Of a DNA stretch of 64,000 bases, positions 29,975 through 38,545 are shown piece after piece. Origin of the DNA: Spirochaetaceae bacterium (GTDB taxonomy: Bacteria; Spirochaetota; Spirochaetia; DSM-2461). Positions within the stretch are counted from its first letter, which is position 1. Each line of letters begins with the position of its first letter. The stretch covers positions 160,001-224,000 of the forward strand of contig JAOPTT010000003.1 of the NCBI GenBank assembly GCA_051531975.1, given 5' to 3'. Below the pieces are notes generated by a model, which made no database searches, had not been told where the DNA came from, and was given only the letters and a program-made list of their open reading frames with translations. The translations under genes and the position numbers were made by a program.

Positions 29975-31816
29975 TTAAATCTTAAATATATTAATTGCCT
30001 GATCTAATTGAACGGAAGTTGATCCCAATTCGTCAGACATAATCCGTACCTCATTAACACTACTTCCTATCTCCTCTATTCCTGAAGCGATCTCTATTAT
30101 CGCTCCTGAAACAAGGGATGTAACTTCGTGTATTTTGGATGCAGAGTGTTTTACTTTATCTTTACTATCATTAATATTCCTGGAGTTTTCCCTCACGGTC
30201 TGACTGATCTGAGATAAATTCCCCATAGCAGTAAGAACTTCATTTCCACCACTAGATAGTTCATTCATGCTTCTATTTAGCTGTAAATGAGAGTCTGTGA
30301 CATTTTCCACATATTCAGAAATTTGTGTAAAGGAACTTGATGTAACTTTACCTGAGTCCACCGCTTCAGTTATTGATACTGTTACATCTTTTAATATGAC
30401 AGCAATTTCTTTAGAGTTCTTAGAGGCCGCTTCTGCTAGTTTTCTAATCTCAGAAGCTACCACACTAAAACCTTTCCCAGCGTCTCCAGCATGAGCTGCT
30501 TCTATGGCTGCATTCATTGCCAGTAAGTTTGTCTGTGCCGAGATCGCATTAATCATTTTTACAATATTTCCAATGCTTTGAATAAAACTTTCAACCTGAT
30601 TAATATTTTTTATAGTCTTAGATAGATTATTACCACCGGATTTTGAATATTTTGATAATTCATCTGTTGTCTGTTTATTGGTTTCCGTATTATTTCTTAC
30701 ATTATTGATTGAGGTTATCATCTGAGTTACTGAAGCCGTTGACTCTTCGACCATTACAGTTTGGTTTTGAATCTGATCATCCAGGTCGCTAAGGTTAACC
30801 TCGATATTATTAGATGCTGAAACATTTTCATTAACTTCATGACTCAGTGTTTCAACTTGTTTTGTTATTGAACTTGTATTTGCTGAAATTTGTACAGTTG
30901 CTGTAGATGTCTCTTCCATTATATTTAAAACAATATCTTTGGCTTTTATATTTTTCCCAGAAACTTCTTTCATATTGTCCATGGTTGTTCTTAAATTACT
31001 GTTTAATTCGTTAATAAAGATTCCAAGTTTTGTAATCTCATCATTTCCTTTTATTGTTATAAGTTCAGATATATCACCATCTGCCATTTTCTGGACACTT
31101 GATTCCAAAGACTTTATTCTACGTATAATTGTTCTACCGATAAACTGGGCAATAATAAAACTACCAGTAACCATTGCAATTATTATTAGGATAGAAATAT
31201 AGATGGATCTACTATTGATTATATTTATCTCTTCTTCAATGAATTTAAACTGATTGCTTAACTTACTTTCAACAGTATCATATACATCCATCATATCTGT
31301 GATTTGATCCCGCATCCTTGAACTATATAAAGACAATGCGCTATACCCATCCATCTTTTCATAGACTTCCTTTTTATTGAAGATTTCAAATAACTCTAGA
31401 TCCTTTGTACTACCCAATGTGTTTCCTGCGGATTTAACTAAACTCTCATATTTTTTTGTTAATTGCACAGATGAGCTATCCAATAATCCATTTAAATCAA
31501 CAATGGACTGCACAGCTCCAGCTAATTCATCTGATATTAGAGGTAGTGATACAAAACCTTCAATTTTATTAAATAACTCCCTTGTTATTAAATGTCTTTC
31601 TTCCCATAAGGAAAACTGAAGTTCTAAAGGAGCATACATTAATTCTGTAATTTCAATATGCTCTACCATCAGAGCATGTTCCAACTGACCTAGTATTTTC
31701 TCTTCAACTTCTATTTTTTTAATTGGTTGTTGAATTATTATGTAAATTAATAATGCAAAAATTGTCGCTAAAACAGTAACCAATGATACTAGAGTTAATT
31801 TACCTCGTATTTTCAC
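29975..31816 (-). CDS. Methyl-accepting chemotaxis protein
   Basis: Two TMs, HAMP (GNDEI), ISAQTNLLAMNAAIEAAHAGDAGKGFSVVASEIRKLAE. Confidence 0.96.
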   Translation of the reverse strand: MKIRGKLTLVSLVTVLATIFALLIYIIIQQPIKKIEVEEKILGQLEHALMVEHIEITELMYAPLELQFSLWEERHLITRELFNKIEGFVSLPLISDELAGAVQSIVDLNGLLDSSSVQLTKKYESLVKSAGNTLGSTKDLELFEIFNKKEVYEKMDGYSALSLYSSRMRDQITDMMDVYDTVESKLSNQFKFIEEEINIINSRSIYISILIIIAMVTGSFIIAQFIGRTIIRRIKSLESSVQKMADGDISELITIKGNDEITKLGIFINELNSNLRTTMDNMKEVSGKNIKAKDIVLNIMEETSTATVQISANTSSITKQVETLSHEVNENVSASNNIEVNLSDLDDQIQNQTVMVEESTASVTQMITSINNVRNNTETNKQTTDELSKYSKSGGNNLSKTIKNINQVESFIQSIGNIVKMINAISAQTNLLAMNAAIEAAHAGDAGKGFSVVASEIRKLAEAASKNSKEIAVILKDVTVSITEAVDSGKVTSSSFTQISEYVENVTDSHLQLNRSMNELSSGGNEVLTAMGNLSQISQTVRENSRNINDSKDKVKHSASKIHEVTSLVSGAIIEIASGIEEIGSSVNEVRIMSDELGSTSVQLDQAINIFKI

Positions 31817-32156
31817 GTATTCCCCACAGTTTATCTTTTAATATGATCTAAACTAAATCTCACAGATCTTTATACTTTCTCGGGAGCTACCCCTCTTACA
31901 ATTGAGTATAATTAATAAGTTCTTACAATCTTGATGATTCTCTAAAAACTTTAGTAAATATTAACATACATTATAATATCCGACAATGAATATATTCAAT
32001 AATAAAACAATTAAAATTCCTGCCAATTAAGTATAATCAATGCTTGTGAATTGACCATTTTCCCTATAATATATAACCAGTAATATAAACTTATTACACA
32101 ATAAATCCGCTGTATCCCCCCATACAGTGGGTTTAGTTTTATAAGGAGTATCGAAA

Positions 32157-34772
32157 ATGATAATAAGTAACAGTGATTTAAATCCTAGTGGCTGCGCTGA
32201 TTTTGATAACATACGCCAATCTGTTAAGGAAAATCCTACAACAGGAAAAGATGCTTCTTATAGAACTTTAAACCTCTATATGTGGTTAGGGGCTCTTCAG
32301 CAACAAGGCGCTGATCTGAGGGAATTCTTTGATATGGATAATGAGTATTATTCCTTAGAAACGCTGGTAAACAGAGGTGACTTAGATTCAATAAAACAGA
32401 TGAATACCTGGGTTGATAATGCCTACTCTATGATGGAAGATATTCAAACAAAACTTACTAAAAATGGTCCGCTTCATACCCCTTATGAGGCTAATATTCT
32501 CCCAGATGAAAAAAACTCAACTACAACTCCTGGGGATAGGAAAAACTGGCCCAGCTTTCAGGGAAATATATCCAATACGGGAAGCATTAATGCTCCAGGA
32601 GCACAAATAGGGAGAAATGCCTGGAAATTCCCCGCCTCTCTAGGTTGGTATTGCCGACCCCTTATTGAAGATAATAAAATTTATGTTACCTCTCCTGGTA
32701 TGAGGACAACATGTTTCTGTCTGGATGGTGATTCTGGTGAAGTTCTCTGGAAATCAGGACAGACTCATCCCCTATTTGGTATCTATAAATATCCGGCCAT
32801 GATGTCCACACCACTAAGTATTGGTAATCAGATAGTGCTGAAAGAGGTTAATAGCCATGGAGGTAATGATGGGCAGGCAAGAAACCTTGTCTTTTTAGAT
32901 AAAGAATCAGGGAAGGTAAACTCCAAAAGCTTTGCGGGACACATAGACTATAGGACCCAATATGCTCCTGTGGCGACTAATGGAGATTATATCGTTTATC
33001 CCTTTGGAATCCATGATATCTATTCGTCCCCTGCTGTCTGTCAAAATCTAAACAGACTAGTTTGTACCGATGCTGAGAACAGAGAGAAAAAATGGGATTT
33101 CAACGTTGGAGATATGGATATCCTTGCCGAACCGGTTCTTAATAAGACCACTGTCTTTCAGGGGACTACTGATAACTACATGTATGCCATGGATCTGGAA
33201 ACAGGGGACATGGTTTGGAAATTTCAAGCCAAAGCCCCTATTAATACTCAGGTGGTAAATGAAAAAGGTATTGTCTATTTTACCGCCAATGACGGAATAT
33301 GTTACGCCTTGAATGAAAAAGACGGTTCCCTAATTTGGCAGATTCAACTTGAAGAACCAACACAGAATAGCCGTAAACAATTCAGCACCCTGGTTATTTT
33401 TAATGACTCTGCTTATACAGGATCATCAAAATCAATATTGTACTGTTTAAACCTCCAGGATGGTAACATCCTGTGGCAATCAGAAACACCTGATTGGGTT
33501 CGTTCCAGACCAGTGATATTGAAAGATCGGGTAATTGCCGCTTGCTTAGACGGCACTGTTATCAGTTTCGATTTACAAGGCAGATTATTATACAAAAAGA
33601 AAATCTCTACCCATCCCATATTAGCAGATTTATCTAAATACAGAGATAATATTCTTGTGACTGATGGAAATCTGGGACTTTACAAAATAGATCCCCAGGG
33701 AAATATTCTCTGGGAAAGAACGATACTTGAATCATTTAATGATAATGATGGTAATAAAATATTCAGCGATACTCTTTCTGGAGGAACCTATTATCAATCC
33801 AAACCAACAGCTGCTAATGGAATAGTCTATTTTGGTACCCATGCTGGCCTATTGTATGGGGTTGATTCCGGCACGGGACAAGCATTATGGAAATTTGAAA
33901 TGGGAGGAGCTATCTCTGTAGGTGCTGCCTATTATGAAGGTAAACTTTATGTTGGCCAACAGGGAGGTGAACGCTTCTTTTACTGTTTAGATGCAAAAGA
34001 TGGAAGCCTTATCTGGAAAAAGGCCCTTCCAGGAGGATGGGTTTGGGGTTCTGCCTGTGTTGATGACGGTATGGTTTATATTCCCACTGTGGATGGTCAT
34101 GCGGTTTGTATGGAAGCAAATACTGGACATATTGTATGGATGTATCCCACGGCTAAGTCAGTACCTTCTGAGCCAGCTATAGATGGGGATCTTGTCTATT
34201 TTGGTTCATGGAGTCAAACTCTCTATGCTTTTCATAAAAAAACAGGGGATATCGTTTGGAAACAGAATGGCATACGCCTGGATTCGGGAACACTTATTGC
34301 ATTTCAGGGAAAGGTTTATGTGCCCCATCATAAAAATATTTTTATGGCCATGGATGCCAAAACCGGAAATATTATCTGTTCAGGGAATCATAATAAACAG
34401 GAAAAAGGGAACTACTCTGATTTTAATGCCACTCCCTGTTTCAGAGATAACAAGGCATATTTTTCAGCCCGTGTAGGCCTAGGTCTTCATGGCGTCCCCT
34501 TATATACAAAACTCTTTTGCGTGGATCCCGACAATGCCGATATTTTATGGAATTACCCAGATGGTGGAGGTATCTCTGCCCCCGCTTTATCTAATAATCA
34601 CCTCTACATAGCATCTGGATCAATGCCTTACCTACACGCCCTAGATCCTGAAACAGGAGAACCAAAATGGATATACAAAATGGGTCATAGAATGGAGGAG
34701 TCAACTCTATGTATTTATGGAAATTCCCTATACGCCCTGTCCAGTGATGGTTTTGTTCATGCCATAATATGA
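32157..34772 (+). CDS. Large PQQ-like/BamB-type beta-propeller repeat protein
   Basis: Many (A/C)LDxxxGxxxW blades; RBS AAGGAG; no hydrophobic signal peptide. Confidence 0.85.
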   Translation: MIISNSDLNPSGCADFDNIRQSVKENPTTGKDASYRTLNLYMWLGALQQQGADLREFFDMDNEYYSLETLVNRGDLDSIKQMNTWVDNAYSMMEDIQTKLTKNGPLHTPYEANILPDEKNSTTTPGDRKNWPSFQGNISNTGSINAPGAQIGRNAWKFPASLGWYCRPLIEDNKIYVTSPGMRTTCFCLDGDSGEVLWKSGQTHPLFGIYKYPAMMSTPLSIGNQIVLKEVNSHGGNDGQARNLVFLDKESGKVNSKSFAGHIDYRTQYAPVATNGDYIVYPFGIHDIYSSPAVCQNLNRLVCTDAENREKKWDFNVGDMDILAEPVLNKTTVFQGTTDNYMYAMDLETGDMVWKFQAKAPINTQVVNEKGIVYFTANDGICYALNEKDGSLIWQIQLEEPTQNSRKQFSTLVIFNDSAYTGSSKSILYCLNLQDGNILWQSETPDWVRSRPVILKDRVIAACLDGTVISFDLQGRLLYKKKISTHPILADLSKYRDNILVTDGNLGLYKIDPQGNILWERTILESFNDNDGNKIFSDTLSGGTYYQSKPTAANGIVYFGTHAGLLYGVDSGTGQALWKFEMGGAISVGAAYYEGKLYVGQQGGERFFYCLDAKDGSLIWKKALPGGWVWGSACVDDGMVYIPTVDGHAVCMEANTGHIVWMYPTAKSVPSEPAIDGDLVYFGSWSQTLYAFHKKTGDIVWKQNGIRLDSGTLIAFQGKVYVPHHKNIFMAMDAKTGNIICSGNHNKQEKGNYSDFNATPCFRDNKAYFSARVGLGLHGVPLYTKLFCVDPDNADILWNYPDGGGISAPALSNNHLYIASGSMPYLHALDPETGEPKWIYKMGHRMEESTLCIYGNSLYALSSDGFVHAII

Positions 34773-34778
34773 TATTTT

Positions 34779-35285
34779 TTAAAGCGCAGATTTAATTGTA
34801 TCTATAGAGATCACAAGTGTTAATGGATTATCTTCCAATGCTATAAAGCCATATCTTAGATAAAAATCTTTAGCTTTCTCATTCAATGCATCTACAATAA
34901 TAAATTTTATATCAACATCTATAGAAATTCTAATAGCTCTAATAAATGAATCCCTTAATAAATAAGCACCAATATTTTTCCCATGGTATTTCTCATCCAC
35001 AGCCAATTTTCCAATTCTCATGGCTGGAACCGGATACTTAGGTAAACCTTTTTTCATTTCATCTGGTAATTCTTTAAAATATACTTGAGCCATACTTACT
35101 GTATAATAACCTACCAAAATATCAATATTATCTTTTAGAATAGCAACAAAAGTTTTACCAATATTCTTTTTATCATTTGGGATAGAGAACTGACTGAGGT
35201 ATTTATTTAATTCATTGATACCACAATTAAAATCTTTAAGCTTAAGTTTTTTTGATACAGGTACAATTTCTATATTTAGTGCCAT
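34779..35285 (-). CDS. GNAT-family toxin (TacT/AtaT-like)
   Basis: FNCG..LNKYL, VGYYT, PVPAMRIGKLAVD..GKNIG, VDALNEKAKDFYLRYGF. Confidence 0.92.
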   Translation of the reverse strand: MALNIEIVPVSKKLKLKDFNCGINELNKYLSQFSIPNDKKNIGKTFVAILKDNIDILVGYYTVSMAQVYFKELPDEMKKGLPKYPVPAMRIGKLAVDEKYHGKNIGAYLLRDSFIRAIRISIDVDIKFIIVDALNEKAKDFYLRYGFIALEDNPLTLVISIDTIKSAL

Positions 35286-35287
35286 TA

Positions 35288-35545
35288 TTACAGTTCTAGC
35301 TTAAATAATTTTTTAAGATTTTCATTTGGAGCAGGAGGATTAGTTATTAAAGAATAAAAGACATCTCTATCTTTATCAGCTAAATGAAGAGATTCAATTT
35401 CTTCAATATCTTTCTTAGCAGAATCAAGTGTTTTATTCAAAATATATGATGATAATGTTTGACCAGTTATCATTGCAGCTTTTTCAATTAATTGTTTATT
35501 ATTAATATCTGTCCTGAATTCTATTCTTGTAGTTTTAGTAGTCAT
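35288..35545 (-). CDS. DUF1778 RHH antitoxin (TacA/AtaR-like)
   Basis: RIEFR..KQLIEKAA..GQTLSSYI..NPPAPNENL; 2 bp upstream of the toxin. Confidence 0.92.
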   Translation of the reverse strand: MTTKTTRIEFRTDINNKQLIEKAAMITGQTLSSYILNKTLDSAKKDIEEIESLHLADKDRDVFYSLITNPPAPNENLKKLFKLEL

Positions 35546-35574
35546 AATAACCTCTTAATTATATTATATGACCA

Positions 35575-35591
35575 TGTACGGCATTTGTACA
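35575..35591. promoter_or_regulatory. TA autoregulatory operator
   Basis: TGTAC-GGCATTT-GTACA inverted repeat upstream of the antitoxin. Confidence 0.6.
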
Positions 35592-35627
35592 CACATCAAA
35601 CAGTGTTTTGAATAAAACTAATATATT

Positions 35628-35655
35628 TAATACTGACAGGTTTATGTCAGTATTA
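35628..35655. promoter_or_regulatory. Perfect 11-bp inverted repeat, likely WYL-regulator binding site
   Basis: TAATACTGACA-GGTTTA-TGTCAGTATTA upstream of the hydrolase-WYL pair. Confidence 0.75.
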
Positions 35656-35673
35656 GCTCTATAAGATACGCTT

Positions 35674-36615
35674 ATGAGTTATATAGAATTTAGAAAAGTA
35701 GACAAGAAAGTAGATGAGTTGGTTGATAGTGGTATGTATAAAGAGGCTATAGCATTATTAGAAATTGGGTTTGAAAAATGTCCTGAATATAAAATTGATA
35801 TATATAATTTTATTGCCGACTGCTATGATTTATTAGGAGATAATGAAAAGTTATATTCAATGCTTTTAGAAGGTACAGAGAGAGGTTATTATTTACCACT
35901 GCAATCTTCTATTTGGGATAAGGCAAAAAAGTTTGAGGGGTTTTCTGAAATTGAAAAGAAAAACGAAGTAATAAAAAAGAGATATATAAAAGAGTGTAAA
36001 TTAAAATATGAGATTTTAACTCCAAAAGGTTATTCAACAGAAAAAGAGTATCCACTGTTTATAGCACTACACGGTGATGGTTTTTTGTGTAATATTGATA
36101 CCTTTAAACAGCAATGGGAACCAGAACATATGCTTAATGAAGGTTTTATAGTTATGTATATTCAATCTTCTATCCCCTATTGTTATAATGGTTTCTGTTG
36201 GAATAAAGATATAAAACAATCTACAAAAGAGATAATGGAATGTTATAGGGTTGTCACAACTGAGTATTCGGTAAATATAAACTCGGTTTTATTAGGTGGT
36301 TTCTCAGGTGGTGCTATGGCTTCACTTCGTTATTTGATGAATGATATATTTCCAATAAAAGGTATAATAGGACTTTCTCCATCAAGAATTCCTGAAACAA
36401 CAGAAGAGAATATTAAAAATATATCATCTAAAGATGTAAAGATAGTAATCATGGAAGGGGAGTTATCTGGGAAGCAGGAATATCAAGAAGAGTTAATATC
36501 TGTCTTCAATAAATATAATATTAAAAACAGATATATAAAAATACCTGGTGTATCACATCAGATTCCTGATGATTTTCCTGAACTAAATGATATGATAAAA
36601 TACATTATGAGTTAA
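35674..36615 (+). CDS. TPR-like N-terminus + alpha/beta hydrolase (esterase-like)
   Basis: YPLFIALHGDG, GGFSGGA nucleophile elbow, GVSH. Confidence 0.8.
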   Translation: MSYIEFRKVDKKVDELVDSGMYKEAIALLEIGFEKCPEYKIDIYNFIADCYDLLGDNEKLYSMLLEGTERGYYLPLQSSIWDKAKKFEGFSEIEKKNEVIKKRYIKECKLKYEILTPKGYSTEKEYPLFIALHGDGFLCNIDTFKQQWEPEHMLNEGFIVMYIQSSIPYCYNGFCWNKDIKQSTKEIMECYRVVTTEYSVNINSVLLGGFSGGAMASLRYLMNDIFPIKGIIGLSPSRIPETTEENIKNISSKDVKIVIMEGELSGKQEYQEELISVFNKYNIKNRYIKIPGVSHQIPDDFPELNDMIKYIMS

Positions 36616-36628
36616 TTATAGGAAAACA

Positions 36629-37600
36629 ATGAAAAAAATTGAAAGGTTATTAACCATAGTTTTAGCTTTAAAGAATTATGGGAAAATGACTGCAAAAGAT
36701 CTATCAAACTTAATTGAAGTTAATATAAGAACTATCTACAGGGACATGGATGCTATTTCACAAATGGACATACCACTAATAGCATCACCTGGTAGTGCTG
36801 GAGGATATGAAATAATGGAAAGTTATTTCATACCTTCAATCTCCCTAACTAAAGATGAAATATTAGCCCTTCTAATTTCAAAAAAGCTAATTGATACTGT
36901 AGAAATCCCAGGTTTCGGTTCATCAATTACATCATCGTTCTTAAAGATTCAAAATCTTGTTAATAACGATGATATGAAAGATCATAAAAAAATATTAGAG
37001 AGAATTGATTTTAATATTATTGAGCAGAAACCTAAAAAAACTGACTTTTTCCACCTTATAAAAGAGAGCTTTTTACTGAAAAAAACATTATTAATAAATT
37101 ATTATTCACCTAAAAAAATGATTAGTGAAACAAGGGAGATAATACCCTATGTTCTTCATTTTGATGATGGATGTTGGTACCTTATTTCAAAGTGTAAAAA
37201 CAGAGATTCAGAAAGGACTTTTAGACTTGATAGAATTCTAAATATTGAATTAACAGATAATGACTATGTTATCCCAGAAGATTTTGATATCAATAAATTT
37301 AACTATGTTGATTCATTTAAGAAGGATGCTGATAGTCCTGATGGGGTGGATATTATATTAAAGTTAACAAAACCAAGGTATGAAATAGATAAAAACAAGC
37401 TTTTATTTCAGTACCGTAAGGTAGTAGAAAAAGATGATCACTATCTTATATACACCAAATCAACCTACCCTAACGATTACCTTTTTTATGCCCTTAAGAA
37501 TTACAGGAATTCTGAGATAATTAGTCCTGATAATTTAAGGGACAAATTGAAAGAGAAATTAACTGAAAGGTTTAATGTTACCATGGAGAAATACTCATAA
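36629..37600 (+). CDS. HTH-WYL(-WCX) transcriptional regulator (YafY/PafB-like)
   Basis: EVNIRTIYRDM, GSAGGY, WYLI, RTFRLDRI. Confidence 0.95.
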   Translation: MKKIERLLTIVLALKNYGKMTAKDLSNLIEVNIRTIYRDMDAISQMDIPLIASPGSAGGYEIMESYFIPSISLTKDEILALLISKKLIDTVEIPGFGSSITSSFLKIQNLVNNDDMKDHKKILERIDFNIIEQKPKKTDFFHLIKESFLLKKTLLINYYSPKKMISETREIIPYVLHFDDGCWYLISKCKNRDSERTFRLDRILNIELTDNDYVIPEDFDINKFNYVDSFKKDADSPDGVDIILKLTKPRYEIDKNKLLFQYRKVVEKDDHYLIYTKSTYPNDYLFYALKNYRNSEIISPDNLRDKLKEKLTERFNVTMEKYS

Positions 37601-37635
37601 TAAGTGACCTTCGACTTTTTTGTAATAATATTTAC

Positions 37636-37716
37636 CCCGAAGGGTTGGCGGAGTCTTTGCATTTTATATGTATAGATTGTGACAATAACTTTTCTTTTCC
37701 AATTTCTTAGTTATCT
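37636..37716 (-). repeat. Decayed attC-like element downstream of brnA
   Basis: 37636-37702 matches 44934-45000 at 62/67 by manual alignment; one arm is missing. Confidence 0.75.
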
Positions 37717-37740
37717 GAGAATCAGATTGTTTTATTCTTT

Positions 37741-37989
37741 TTAGGCATGATGTGCTTCAACATAGCTTCTTAATATATTATTTATTTTAGATTGATAACC
37801 TCGACCATCTGATTTGAAATAGTCAATTATATCCTGATCTAATCTTATGCTTATTGCTTTTTTTTGCTTAGGGTATACAGGCTTTACATTATCCCAAAAG
37901 GTTTTATCTAATTCAGGTATATCTGAATAATCAATATCATCATTTTTTATTGCTTTTATTTCTTGTATTCTTTTTTTATCGATATTCAT
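37741..37989 (-). CDS. brnA: BrnA antitoxin (DUF4415)
   Basis: IDYSDIPEL, ISIRLDQDIIDYFK..GYQSKINNILR; start set at ATG 37989. Confidence 0.93.
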   Translation of the reverse strand: MNIDKKRIQEIKAIKNDDIDYSDIPELDKTFWDNVKPVYPKQKKAISIRLDQDIIDYFKSDGRGYQSKINNILRSYVEAHHA

Positions 37990-38248
37990 AATATTTACTC
38001 CTCTCTCGATCATTAGCTTTTCTTGCAGATATAATCCTTATATTGCCAAATCTGTCGGTATGAACAAGAACTAAAACAATATCTTTGCTAATTTCTCCAA
38101 TTGTTATTTCTCTGGTTTCTCCATAATTTTTTCTTTCATCTACCCAAGTCAAACAATCACTTCGAAAAACTTCTACAGCTTCCTCAAAATAAATACCATG
38201 TTTCTCATAATTAGATTGGTTTTTATTTTCATCCCATTCAAACTTCAT
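37976..38248 (-). CDS. brnT: BrnT ribonuclease toxin
   Basis: FEWDENKNQSNYEKHGI, YGETR, IRIISARKA. Confidence 0.95.
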   Translation of the reverse strand: MKFEWDENKNQSNYEKHGIYFEEAVEVFRSDCLTWVDERKNYGETREITIGEISKDIVLVLVHTDRFGNIRIISARKANDRERSKYYEYR

Positions 38249-38255
38249 ACTTAAT

Positions 38256-38274
38256 TATATACATTTTGTATATA
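38256..38274. promoter_or_regulatory. brnTA operator
   Basis: TATATACA-TTT-TGTATATA, overlapping a minus-strand TATAAT 5 nt before the brnT ATG. Confidence 0.6.
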
Positions 38275-38545
38275 CAATTCAATCTTGAAAAACTCCATTC
38301 CACATTTTTAATAAGAATCTGAATATTAAAAGGGCACATTTGTATTGGTTTACCGTAGGTTTAATACTTTTTAGGAATAATTTAGAGTGCTTCCATATCA
38401 TTAAAAAGAAAAGTCTTGATTTAAGGATCACTTTACAAGTTACTACATCTAAACTATATTTTAGAATGGATAATCTTTTAATTCGGTAAAACTACCAGAG
38501 TTAATACTACGCTGGGTAGTTAACTGATAAATTATAGGATAGATA

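Noticed and set aside
32157..34772. BamB or PQQ-dependent dehydrogenase
   Set aside because: No lipobox or signal peptide, too long for BamB, and no recognisable quinoprotein catalytic motifs or pqq genes.
38281..38545. Fluoride riboswitch / CLC-F exporter; hairpin AACTACC..GGTAGTT at 38490-38521
   Set aside because: No crcB riboswitch consensus recognised, and the protein lacks the GNNLI/GREGT motifs of CLC-F; the hairpin alone is uninformative.
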